In this document: one piece after another, positions 14,186 to 25,890 of the stretch
Numbering within the stretch: the stretch's first letter is position 1
How the letters are laid out: every line of letters starts with the position of its first letter
Source: Octopus vulgaris
Taxonomy: Eukaryota
Assembly: GCA_951406725.2 (NCBI GenBank)
Contig: OX597839.1
Location: 23,064,001-23,128,000, forward strand
Length of the DNA stretch: 64,000 nucleotides
Direction: 5' to 3'
Notes under the pieces: generated by a model
What the model was told of the DNA's origin: nothing
The model's input: the letters and a program-made list of their open reading frames with translations, nothing else
Database searches by the model: none
Position numbers and translations under genes: made by a program

Positions 14186-14280
14186 AAAATTATAACTTAG
14201 GGTATCTAAGAAATACCGCCATGCTGGAAATAGCAGCCAAATCGTGGCGGTATCTCTTAGATACCCTAAATTATAATTTT
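14186..14280. repeat. inverted repeat, 38-bp arms, 19-bp spacer
   Basis: AAAATTATAACTTAGGGTATCTAAGAAATACCGCCATG / CGTGGCGGTATCTCTTAGATACCCTAAATTATAATTTT. Confidence 0.9.
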
Positions 14281-14375
14281 AATAATAATTATTACCTTTG
14301 AAGGTTTTTATTCCCATGCTGGCCACTTGATAAGATTGATATTTAAATTAATGATCTTATCCTTATATATATATA

Positions 14376-14941
14376 CTAGCAGTATCGCCCGGCGTTGCTC
14401 GGGTTTGTAAGGGAAATAACTATATAAGCATTTTTAGAGAGTTATAGCCAAAAAATAGCAAAAAAAATGCATTAAAAATGGAAAAAATATTATGGTAAAT
14501 TTTTTTTTAAATTGTTGACTCATCGTAGACATTTTCTGTTTTGGTGTCTTCAAGCCATGAAGTCGTTGTTCTAAAAGAACGCTGGTCTCCTTGACAACGC
14601 ATTACGACGTTAATTTCCTTACACTCCCTTCCCCACAGCTTCACAAGGGAGGGAAGAAGGGGGAGAAGCAAACAGGTGCAGGTGTGACCATGGATGCCAA
14701 CTCCGCCACCATCGACACACGAAAAATTATGCATTAAAATGGAATAAAAAATGATGTTAAATTATTTTTAAAATCGTAGACTCATCGTAGACGCGCGCTA
14801 ATAGCCAGAAGGGCTCGATATGAATCACGACTATAAGATACCCGGTTTTGGTTAAACTGCACCGCAAAATGTGGGAGTAGTTAGGAATCTAAATCGAAGG
14901 GGACAGACACTCACACAACTACAGTTTTATATATATATAGA
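14376..14941 (-). mobile_element. non-autonomous Helitron
   Basis: Minus strand: 5' TC, 3' hairpin CCCGAGCAACGCCGGG, then CTAG, inserted between A and T; second copy at 56804-57188. Confidence 0.85.
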
Positions 14942-15011
14942 TATATTAAGCACATAGTTTATATCTATTGAGAAGAAGGAAAATGGAGATTAGGAAGTTA
15001 ACAATTATTTA

Positions 15012-15136
15012 TTGGACATCTTCGCTTCTTACAGCTGTTTCAATTAATACTGAGAAATTTAATTACAAATTTATACATTCAATTAGCATTTATGTGACAT
15101 GAGCAAAATTTCATCAGGGAAAAAAAGATGTACCAA
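15012..15136 (-). ncRNA. type I hammerhead motif with a long stem II region
   Basis: Minus strand TTGGtACATCTT..TTCC-CTGATGA-AATT..AATT-GAAA-CAGCTG-TA-AGAA..AAGATGTCCAA; one mismatch at the first stem I pair. Confidence 0.65.
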
Positions 15137-15237
15137 GGAATGTTAATATGCAGACCTATCAATTCATTTCAGCAGACTATAAATAATTGTTGACTTCCTC
15201 ATCTCCATTTACTTTTCTCCTTTTAACTCTGTGTGTA

Positions 15238-15545
15238 TGTGAAGGCGCAGTGGCCCAGTGGTTAGGGCAGCGGACTCGCGGTTAGAGGGTTGTGGTTTCA
15301 ATTCCCAGACCAGGCATTTTGTGTGTTTATTGCGCGAAAACACCAAAAAGCTCCACCAGGCTCTGGCAGGGGGGGGTGACCCCTGTTGTCCTCTTTTGCC
15401 ACAACTTTCTCTCACTCTCTCTTCCTGTTTCTTGAGTAACGCTGCGATGGACTGGCGTCCTGTCCAGCTGCGGGGGAACACATACACCACAGAAACCGGT
15501 AAACCGGGCCCATGAGTCTGGCTAGGCTTGAAAAGGGTAACGTTT
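15238..15545 (+). mobile_element. SINE family C variant with a different 3' tail
   Basis: Same head as 13194; diverges after CTTCCTGTTTC. Confidence 0.85.
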
Positions 15546-15564
15546 ATCATTTTATATATACATA

Positions 15565-15855
15565 TAATCCGAATTGTGGCAGATGCCAGCGCCGCTTCGA
15601 CTGGCTTCTGTGCAGGTGGCATGTAAAATGCACCAATTCGACCGTGGCCGATGCTGGCCTCGCCTGGCACCAGTGCAGGTGGCACGTAAAAAGCACCCAC
15701 TACACTCTCGGAGTGGTTGGCGTTAGGAAGGGCATCCAGCTGTAGAAACTTTGCCAGATAAGACCGGAGCCTGGGGCAGCCTTCTGGCTTCCCAGATCCC
15801 CGGTCGAACCGTCCAACCCATGCTAGCATGGAGAACGGACGTTAAACGATGATGA
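15565..15855 (+). mobile_element. short retroposon family D
   Basis: GGAAGGGCATCCAGC motif and GGACGTTAAACGATGATGAT end. Confidence 0.85.
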
Positions 15856-15865
15856 TATATATATA

Positions 15866-16096
15866 CATGTGGAGGTGCTGATAACTTCTTGGCTTTGAGG
15901 GTAACATGAAAGGCCTGGTTAGAGTCCCAACTTTCTGAGTTCTTTTACAGGGCTTAGAAAAACTGAAGGACTGCTGCACTAAGTGTGTGAATCTGAGAGG
16001 AGGGGAATATGTTTAATGAAACCATAATTAACTGATCCTCATCCTTTTCTTTTATCCAGAGCCAGGAACTTTTCAGCTCCCCACCCCCCTCCTGTA
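15866..16096 (+). mobile_element. mariner-derived MITE retaining the transposase C-terminus
   Basis: TIRs GGTGCTGATAACTTCTTGGCT / AGCCAGGAACTTTTCAGCTCC; translation GLEKLKDCCTKCVNLRG resembles the mariner G..KL..RW.KC...G.Y end. Confidence 0.75.
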
Positions 16097-17373
16097 TACA
16101 CCAAATTAAATTGGTTTTGCTACACACCTATCAACTTTGTGCTATTCTCTTTCATTGTTGTAATTGCTTTTGATGTTGACTTTTAAAAACGTTGTTCCAA
16201 GAAGTTAGTTTCACATCTGTTACGACCAGATTTTCTTAGATTCCATTTCTGCTTCTAATGATCGTCTTACTTCACACTTTGATATCATGTGATGGTTGTA
16301 AACAAGATCACTGACATACAAGCTGGGTGTTGCTTGTGTTCGGTCTTAAATGAGAAAAATAAAAAAAAACTGAGAAAAAAAAATTAAAAGAAAAAGTGTA
16401 TGCCTGGCCTTGGGAAAATATTATCTTGCTTGGAGACAGGTGAAAGTTGGTGAGAAGAAGAGTTTCTGGTTGTAGAAAATATACCTCACTAAATTCTATC
16501 TGACCTGGGCAACCAAAAACAAGGGGATGGATACATATACACACATATATACATACATATATACATACATATATATCTACGCACATACATACATACATAC
16601 ATGGTGGCTGCCCCCTCATTATCGAGTATGGCCATTGCACGAAGCTCAATCAATGTTGTTATCATGCAATACCTGTACATACATACATACATACATACAT
16701 TCATTCATACATACATACATACATACATACATTCATTCATACATACATGCATACATACATACATACATACACAACACATGAAACTGTCAGCCCTTGAGTC
16801 ACTCTGTCGCTTCTGCTAGATATTAATAAAAACTATGCATGTACTCATATTTCGAGTTCTATTTCTCCTGTTTGCACCAACACACACAAATACACACACA
16901 CACACACATATATATATACAAGTATGTACATATATAAACACACACACACACATATATACAAGTATGTACATATATACACACACACACACATATATATATA
17001 CAAGTATGTACATATATATATATATACACACACACACACATATATATATACAAGTATGTACATATATATAAACACACACACACACACACACACACGTATA
17101 GTTAAGACAGTCCAGTTATCGTAGGGACAGCCACCAACTTTCCACTCACCCAATTTCTAGCTATGAAGCCATATGACACCAAACACGATTGTTAGATTGG
17201 TAAAGGAGGCGGGGGGGACAGTACATAGTGTTTGTATTGGTGTGGTCATAGCTATGAGGTGGTGGCGGCAGTGGAGGTGGTGGCGGCGGCGGCGGCGGTG
17301 GTGGTGATGGCAGCGGTGGCGGCAGTGGTGATGCGGTGGTGGCGGTGGTGGTAGCAGTAGTAGCAGCAGCAGC

Positions 17374-17413
<40 letters not shown>

Positions 17414-17439
17414 TCTGTGCTATTTAAAGCAACAACAAC

Positions 17440-17471
<32 letters not shown>

Positions 17472-17615
17472 ATGTTGCAACTATTGAGGTTAGAAAATCT
17501 TGTTATTTTTCATAGTTTTATATTGAGACAGTGATGTGGTGATGTGGAGGCTATGATGCTTCTGCAACTTCAGAAATAACAATAATACCAAAGTACTTTC
17601 CTTAAGCTCCAAGAT

Positions 17616-17661
<46 letters not shown>

Positions 17662-17663
<2 letters not shown>

Positions 17664-18160
17664 TCATCATCATCATCATCATCGTTTAGCGTCCGCTTTC
17701 CATGCTAGCATGGGTTGGACGGTTCAACTGGGGTCTGGGAAGCCAGAAGGCTGCACCAGGCCCAGTCTGATCTGGCAATGTTTCTACGGCTGGATGCCCT
17801 TCCTAATGCCAACCACTCCATGAGTGTAGTGGGTGCTTTTTACATGCCACCACCACACCTGCCAGATGGAGCTGGCAAACGGCCACAATCGGATGGTGCT
17901 TTTTATGTACCACCGGCACGGGGGCCAGGCGAGGCTGGCAACGGCCACGAACGGATGGTGCTTTTTACGTGCCACCGGCATGGGGGCCAGGCGAGGCTGG
18001 CAACGGCCACGAACGGATGGTGCTTTTTATGTGCCACCGGCATGGGGGCCAGGCGAGGCTGGCAACGGCCACGAACGGATGGTGCTTTTTACGTGCCACC
18101 GGCACGGGGGCCAGATGAGGCTGGCAACGGCCACGAACGGATGGTGCTTTTTACGTGCCA
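17662..18160 (-). mobile_element. short retroposon family D with about 4-5 internal 62-bp tandem units
   Basis: Unit GCCAGGCGAGGCTGGCAACGGCCACGAACGGATGGTGCTTTTTACGTGCCACCGGCA...; period of 62 measured from 17925 to 17987. Confidence 0.88.
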
Positions 18161-18249
18161 TGCACATGAGTTGTCTAAGAGACCATAAATTGGTGAGAAG
18201 ATACACTCATATATCTGACAGTAGGGTGGGTATACTCCCATATTCCCTT

Positions 18250-18351
18250 CCATATCGGCTATCTCTGATGAACGTAAAGTTATATAATCGGATTGTTACC
18301 AAACACTCCATTTCTTTACGTGAAACAGATTGGTAAGATCAGCCATGATGG
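18250..18351 (+). ncRNA. type I hammerhead ribozyme motif
   Basis: CCATatcGGCTATCT-CTGATGA-ACGTAAAG..CTTTACGT-GAAA-CagattgG-TA-AGATcAGCCatgATGG; intact core, 8-bp stem II, extended stem I. Confidence 0.8.
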
Positions 18352-18404
18352 ACATTTAATACTATACGTTTCAGATAATATATATATAAGAAGCCCATCA
18401 TATG

Positions 18405-18456
<52 letters not shown>

Positions 18457-18512
18457 AGGTGATTAAAATCAAAATAAGTAACAAGGATATCCAGAGGTAA
18501 TGCAGTACAATC

Positions 18513-18549
<37 letters not shown>

Positions 18550-18569
18550 ATGTATGTATATGTGGGTGT

Positions 18570-18773
18570 ATGTTTGTGTGTCTGTGTATGTCCCCCCACC
18601 ATCACTTGACAACCGATGCTGGTGTGTTTATGCCCCCGTAACTAAGCAGTTCGGCAAAAGAGACTGATAGAATAAGTACTAGGCTTACAAAGAATAAGTC
18701 ATGGGGTCGATTTGCTTGACTAAAGGCAGTGCTCCAGTATGGCTACAGTCAAGTGACTGAAACAAATAAAAGA

Positions 18774-18775
<2 letters not shown>
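18570..18775 (+). mobile_element. SINE family A, 3' half
   Basis: Match to the family A tail. Confidence 0.9.
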
Positions 18776-18833
<58 letters not shown>

Positions 18834-18928
18834 GTATGCATGTACGTATGTATGTATATGTTAAATAAAATGAGATAACAAAGCCAAGGCTGTGTGGAAT
18901 TTACTGGATGTTTATAAAGAGAAAGGTA

Positions 18929-18976
18929 GTCTTACAGCTGTTTCTGGGATATTAGGGATATCCCTTCATCAGAGAC
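18929..18976 (-). ncRNA. type I hammerhead ribozyme motif
   Basis: Minus strand GTCT-CTGATGA-a-GGGATA-tccctaa-TATCCC-a-GAAA-CAGCTG-TA-AGAC; preceded by about 400 nt of pyrimidine-rich sequence (18980-19400). Confidence 0.8.
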
Positions 18977-19521
18977 GATGCGAGAGAGTTAACTAGAGGG
19001 AAATAGTAGAGTTCAATATAAGGATTTATTTTGGAAAAGGAAGCGAATAAGGAGTATATAGGGAAATAGGAGAATGAATGGAGAAATAAAAATATAAATG
19101 TATAAAGATGTTATAGACGCAATTCCATTATCCAAGGAAAATGGCGTGTAGGTAGAAGTGGTAGAAAAGAAGAAGAGAAAAAAAAAAGAGTGTTAGTTGG
19201 TGGTCAAGATATTATGAGGGGGGATGGGAGAGGAGTAGAAAGAGATAAGAATGTAAGTAATGAATATGTGTGAGGTGGGGGTGATATGTTAGAATGGTAC
19301 TAAGGGATGGGTACAGAAAAAGGTTTAGGGGGGAGGGTCTAAAGTGAGTAGTAAACCTCAAAATGGAAGGAAAGAATGGTCAAGTTTCTATAAATAGGCT
19401 TATGTGCTTATTCTACTGGTTAATGTGATAATGTTGGTAGCAGAGAGAAAGAAAGAAAGAGTGGACTTGGACAATGTGAAATGAAGTGTCTTGCTCAAGA
19501 ACACAACATGCTGCCCAGTCC

Positions 19522-20323
19522 TGGAACTGAAACCACAATCTTATGATCCTGAGTCCAACACCCTAACCACTAAGCCACACGCCTCCACTGAAAGATTAGT
19601 CCATCATAGGGTTACCTATTGACAGCTGAGTGGACTGTGGCAGCATGAAACAGTGTTTCGACTAATCCAGGAATTGAAACCACAATCTTATGATCCTGAG
19701 TCCAACACCCTAACCACTAAGCCACACGCCTCCACTGAAAGATTAGTCCATCATAGGGTTACCTATTGACAGCTGAGTGGACTGTGGCAGCATGAAACAG
19801 TGTTTCGACTAATCCAGGAATTGAAACCACAATATTATGATCCTGAGTCCAACACCCTAACCACTAAGCCACACGCCTCCACTGAAAGATTAGTCCATCA
19901 TAGGGTTACCTATTGACAGCTGAGTGGACTGTGGCAGCATGAAACAGTGTTTCGACTAATCCAGGAATTGAAACCACAATATTATGATCCTGAGTCCAAC
20001 ACCCTAACCACTAAGCCACACGCCTCCACTGAAAGATTAGTCCATCATAGGGTTACCTATTGACAGCTGAGTGGACTGTGGCAGCATGAAACAGTGTTTC
20101 GACTAATCCAGGAATTGAAACCACAATCTCATGATCCTGAGTCCAACACCCTAACCACTAAGCCACGCGCCTCCACTGAAAGATTAGTCCATCATAGGGT
20201 TACCTATTGACAGCTGAGTGGACTGTGGCAGCATGAAACAGTGTTTCGACTAATCCAGGAATTGAAACCACAATATTATGATCATGAGTCCAACACCCTA
20301 ACCACTAAGCCGCGCGCCTCCAC
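19522..20323 (-). repeat. 147-bp tandem array (about 5.4 units) built from a tRNA-like SINE head
   Basis: CCCTAACCACTAAGCC at 19561, 19708, 19855, 20002, 20149 and 20296; minus strand carries TGGCTTAGTGG and GTTTCAATTCC (A/B boxes). Confidence 0.92.
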
Positions 20324-20439
20324 ACTTGTTCCATAGTCGAGTGGTCGGTGCCTAATCTGGCTCCGTTACCTGAATAGCTTGCTGCTCTCACGAGGAGGGT
20401 GTCTGCACATACAGCAGGACTAGAAAACAAAACCTGCTG

Positions 20440-20800
20440 AAGGACAGATGAGTTGTTTGTGGGTCAACAGTCATCGAGTTCGAGAAGGCCATGGCAAACC
20501 AATTCAACGTCTCTGCCACGAAAACACCACGAGAAGGTCGGAACAGAGTAAGGCTATGGTTTCACTTGATGGAAGAACCGGTTCTTAATCTGGAAGATTT
20601 TCATTGTGGTGTCATCGACGGGCTACAAATGCATGTGATGACGATGTTGATGGTGAATGTAAGCAATGAGGTTTCTGTTGTGGTAAAGAGAGTCATTGAC
20701 ACCCCCATGGGATTGGAAGAATGGACTAGCCGAACTCTTATAACACATAGTGCATTGGTTGAGACACAGAACAGAAGCTGTAGGAGTTGTTGAGAGTTTG
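20440..20800 (+). mobile_element. degenerate RTE-related fragment
   Basis: GAGAAGGCCATGGCAAACCAATTC..TGCCACGAAAAC resembles the RTE/BovB UTR motif (from memory). Confidence 0.35.
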
Positions 20801-20961
20801 TATTTATTGGAGTATCGTGTTTAGTGGAGCAATTTGAAGTACATCGTGTGGAGACGGTTGTGTATATCCCTGCTTTGTGGAATCTGTATATCCAAGCTAT
20901 AGAAGGATACAAAAGTTTCATTTCTTCTTTCTTCCTTACTGAACCAAATGCAAAGTCAAAT

Positions 20962-21375
20962 CCACCACCACCACCACCATCAGTACAACTACCTCCACCA
21001 TCACCATCACCACCATTTCATCCACCATCACCACCACCACCACCACCATCAGTACAACTACCTCCACCATCACCACCACCACCATTTCATCCACCACCAC
21101 CACCACCACCACCATCAGTACAACTACCTCCACCATCACCACCACCACCATTTCATCCACCACCACCACCACCACCACCATCAGTACAACTACCTCCACC
21201 ATCACCACCACCACCATTTCATCCACCACCACCATCACCACCACCATCAGTACAACTACCTCCACCATCACCACCACCACCATTTCATCCACCACCACCA
21301 CCACCACCACCATCAGTACAACTACCTCCACCATCACCACCACCACCATTTCATCCACCACCACCACCACCACAA
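20962..21375. repeat. about 66-bp CCA-rich tandem repeat, 6 units
   Basis: CCATCAGTACAACTACCTCCACCATCACC..CCATTTCATCC repeated six times. Confidence 0.95.
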
Positions 21376-21604
21376 CCACTAACAACCTCTCTTATCTGCA
21401 AACATGTAACTCCTTCGTCTGCTATCTCTTCAACTAATTAACAAGCCAACAAGGGAACCACTAATTAAGTAAATAGATCTCCGCTGGAATTTCCAATCAT
21501 AATTATTCCGTTGTTCAATCAACTGAACTCTCCACTCTTTGAATTGCAATGCAAAACGGCAGAGTATTCCACAGGCACCATTTGCATCTTGAATCAGAGT
21601 GATG

Positions 21605-22050
21605 CAGTGAGTGAGAAGGTTGGGTGGTGAGACGTTTGCTTCCTGAACACATGGCTCCTAGGTTCAATCCCACTGAGTGGTGCTTTGGGCAAGTGGTTCT
21701 TACTATAGCCTTGGGCCAATGAAAGTCTTGTGAGTGGATTTGGTTGGTGGAAACTGAAAGAAACCCATCGTGAGTTTGTGTGTGAGAGTGCGAGAGTGTG
21801 TGTGTGTATGTGAGAGAGTCACTTTGTGCCTATGTTTGTGCCCCTCCGTCACTCGACAACCAGTGTCAGTATGTTCACACCCCAGTAACTTAGAAGTTCA
21901 GCAAAATGGAACAACAGAATAAGTACCAGCTAAAATTTAAAAAAAAAAGGAAAATGTACTGTGGTTGATTCATTTCACCAAAAATTCTTCAACGCAGTGC
22001 CCCAGCATGGCCACAGTCTGATGACCGAAATGAGTAAGAGAGTAAAAGAT
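21605..22050 (+). mobile_element. SINE family A (diverged)
   Basis: Head, body and tail match family A. Confidence 0.85.
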
Positions 22051-22504
22051 ATGAAAATCCATTCACAGGGTTTCCACCCTAGATGCCATTGACCCAGCTT
22101 CACACAAAAGACTTTGGTCAACCGAAGGTGAAAGGGTTTAAGGCTGGAACCAACCACACAAAAGCACAAGAATCCTCTTTTCTCTCCAAAGCCATGTCTT
22201 CTTTTTTTATTGATTGAGTTTTCTCTAAATTCACAGAAGAACAACTTTCTGTTTAATATTCAAAGCTGCTGACGTTGCAGCTCTGTTGGCCAACGATGAC
22301 TAATTGCTCTCTCTCTCTCTCTCGTCTAACATTTCCACTGAGATATAAACAATTAACAACGTCTGGGCATTGAATTTCTTTTTTGCAGAAGAAGAGGGCA
22401 GCCTCTATGTGGTTGTTCAACTTGCTGGAAACAGCAGCTGAGTTTCCCTACCATCATGAGAAAAAGAGATGATAGAATATGTTGCTCTTTCTACACAATT
22501 TTCA

Positions 22505-22910
22505 GGTAGCTGTGTGGTAAGAAATTTACTTCCCAACCATATGGTTCCTGGTTCAGTCCCACTGTGTGGCACCTTGAGCAAGTATCTTCTACTACATTTG
22601 TAGGGCTGACCGAAGTCTTGTGAATGAATTTGGTAGGTGGAAACTGAAAGAAGCCTGCTGTGAACGTATACAGATGTGTGTGTGTGGGTATGTGTGTGTC
22701 TTTGTGTCTATAGTTGTCTCCTCCCATCACTGCTTGACAACCAGTGTTGGTGTGTTTACGTCCCAGTAACCTAGCGGTTCAGCAAGAGAGATTGATAGAA
22801 TAAGTATCATGCTTAAAAAAAAAACACTGGGGTTGATTTGTTTGACTAAAAATCTTTCAAGGTGGTGCCCCAGCATGGCCACAATCGGATGACTGAGACA
22901 AGTAGAAGAT
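22505..22910 (+). mobile_element. SINE family A
   Basis: Head, body and tail match family A. Confidence 0.88.
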
Positions 22911-23006
22911 ATATACCTGAGAGATAGGTGGAATAGCCATGGTTGGAATACCTTTTACTATTGGACTGTTCTATCAGGACTAATTGGGAGTGAAACAACA
23001 ACAACA

Positions 23007-23043
<37 letters not shown>

Positions 23044-23299
23044 TCAATATAGTATGTCAACATTTAAGTAACTTGACACAGTCACTTAAATTGTTAGAAA
23101 TAACAGCCAAACTGCTTCAAATTACACCTACCATCTTAGACTGGATGAACATATTGACCAATAGACTCCTAGACATATACAAAAGACATGATGGTCAGAG
23201 CTGGCATGCCTTTGACTGTAGGTCTCTTCTGTCAGAACTGATCCGGAATGAAACAAGTTTCCATAAAGTCAGAGCCCCCGGAGAGGCCAAGATTGTTGT

Positions 23300-23850
23300 C
23301 TTATTGCTTACTACTGGAACTTGTGACCGGATATAGGTACATACACTGGACCACTGGACTGTTGCTCTGGATTTGTCCAGGTCTAATGCTAATTTGTGCT
23401 GTGATTATATATGTTGGGGTCCCAGTCGAGTGCTTTACCCAGGGGCATTATAAAGCTGTTAAAATAGCCATGCTTACAGAAGACCTTCACCTCCATCAAT
23501 CTTGGTTCACCAAATATTTATACTGGGAAAGATTCTTTTCCGTGGTGCCAGCCGTGATAAGGAGTTTCTATGGAGGACTGGCAGCTGTCCATGCGTGCAA
23601 GTGTCTCCTGTCTTTACCAATAATGTTGTCCAAGGGTTGGTACAGCTTGGCACTAGAATCATCGCAGACACGCTCAGAAGCATCACAAGGTATTTTGTCT
23701 ACCAATTCTACCAATCTATTGCTCCAGATTGGTCTTACAATTTATTAACAACCTGTTATGTCCTGCATTATGACGATGTATTTTGTCATCTCTGCGAGAC
23801 TGGCCTGAACAGCATACCTCTCTGATTGACATTACTGACTGTGTCAGTAC
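23300..23850. mobile_element. old unclassified interspersed repeat, possibly a LINE relic
   Basis: The GGTACATACACTGGA..CTGTTGCTCTGGATTT.TCCAGGTCTAATG block recurs at about 29256. Confidence 0.4.
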
Positions 23851-24389
23851 ATTATTTATCAGTAATGGACCAACCCACTTCTCACCTGGGGGTGTCCGCC
23901 ACAACACAACCAAAGGTGACCTCATTAGGGTTTGAACTGAATACATAAAACCCCAAAACCAATACTTGCCATCATTTTGTCCAGCTCTCTAACCACTCGG
24001 CCAAACTACCACCTTCAACAAAGTTAGTAATAATCATTTTAATATAATTATAATTTAATGATTATAATTTTAATGAAGAGAATTTTAGAGTAATTAACCT
24101 CATCTTTAGATTGTATATTGATGATTTTTATATCTGTGGCTATAAGTAGCAGAAATATAGACGCTCACATTAAGAGGTTAATAAGCATGAAATTTCTGAA
24201 GTGATTAGCAGCAACTTGTCTCAGACATAGTTAAAACATGAAAAACAGTCAAGTCGTTATCTTAAACTCCTCATGGCTAGAGTTTTAATGAAATTACAAT
24301 ATTTTTGTGTTTTAATTAATTTCGAAAGATCATCAAAGGTTTGAAGGAATTTAGCGAAATGGTTAATTATATTGTTGTTATTACTATTC

Positions 24390-24905
24390 ATCATCATCAT
24401 CATCATCATCGTTTAGCGTCCGTTTTCCATGCTAGCATGGGTTGGACGGTTCTACTGGGGTCTGTGAAGCCAGAAGGCTTCATCAGGCCCAGTCAAATCT
24501 GGCAGTGTTTCTACGGCTGGATGCCCTTCCTAACGCCAACCACTCCGTGAGTGTAGTGGGTGCTTTTTACGTGCCACCCGCACAGGTGCCAGACAGAGCT
24601 GGCAAACGGCCACGAACGGATGGTGCTTTTTATGTGCCACCGGCATGAGGGCCAGGCGAGGCTGGCAACGGATACGAACGGATGGTGATTTTTACGTGCC
24701 ACCGGCACGAGGCCAGTCGGGGCAGTGCTGGCAACGGTCGCGAAACGGAAGGTTCTCTTACATGCCACCGGCACTGGTAACACATCTGCAATTTCCATTG
24801 ATCGATTTCGATTCTGATCCTCACTTGCCTCAACAGGTCTTCACAAGTAGAGTTTCGACATGCCACCGGCACTGGTAACACATCTGCAATTTCCATTGAT
24901 CGATA
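24390..24905 (-). mobile_element. short retroposon family D with a 46-bp direct repeat (24761 and 24859)
   Basis: Match to the 17662 copy. Confidence 0.88.
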
Positions 24906-24914
24906 AAACAGCAA

Positions 24915-25656
24915 AAAGGCAGCAAGCTGGCAGAATTGTTAGCCCACTGGGCAAAAAGCTTAACAGTATTTCATCTGTCTTTATGTTCTGAGTTCAAATT
25001 CTGTCGAGGTCAACTTCACCTTTCATCCTTTCAGGGTCGATAAATTAAGTACCAGTTGCATACTGGGGTCAATCTAATTGACTAGCAACCCTCCCCCAAA
25101 ATTTTGGGGTTTGTCCCTAGAGTAGAAAAGAATCGTTAGCGCACTGGGTGAAATGCTTAGTGATATTTCGTCTGCCATTATGTTCTGAGTTCAAATTCTG
25201 CCTAGGTCGACTTTACCTTTCATCCTTTCAGAGTCGATAAATTAAGTACCAGTGAGACACTGGGGTCAATGTAATCGACTATCCCCCTCCCCCAAATTTC
25301 AGGCCTTGTGCCTAGAGTAAAAAGGATTATTAAAACAGCAAGCTGGGCAGAATCGTTAGCAGTCCAAGCAAAATGCTTGGCAGCTTTTCGTTTGTCTTTT
25401 TGTTCTGAGACCAAATTCTGTCAAGGTTGACTTAGCCTTTCATTCCTTAAAGAATTGATGAAATAAGAACCATTGATCACTGGTGTCGGTGTGATCGACT
25501 AACCCCTGCCCCACTAATTTCAGGCCTTGTGTCAAAAGCAAGAAAGATTATTATTCTTAGAATGGTGAGCTGCCAGTATTGCTAAGTGCTTAGCGACGTT
25601 TCTTCTGCCTTTATGTTCTGAGTTCAAATTCCTCCAAGACTGTCTTTGCCATTCAT

Positions 25657-25692
<36 letters not shown>

Positions 25693-25890
25693 TCATTGTT
25701 GTTGTCATCATCATCATCATCATCATCATTCTGTGTTCCATGTTCTTTATGTTCTGAGTTCAAATTCCTCCAAGACTGACTTTGCCCTTCATCCTCTCAA
25801 GGTCAATAGATTAAGTACCAGTTGAGCACTGGGGGTCAATGTAATCGACATACCCACTCCCCTGGAACTGCTGGCCTTGTGCCAAAATTC
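24915..25890 (+). mobile_element. head-to-tail cluster of about 5 SINE family B copies
   Basis: Repeated TTCTGAGTTCAAATT..CCTTTCATCCTTTC..GTCGATAAATTAAGTACCAG. Confidence 0.88.

Noticed and set aside
18502-18517. 3' half of a hammerhead on the minus strand (GAAA-TGATTG-TA)
   Set aside because: No CUGANGA half; truncated at a TA repeat
22015-22045. CTGATGA-CC-GAAA hammerhead-like string
   Set aside because: A variant of the SINE A tail; no stem II or stem I pairing
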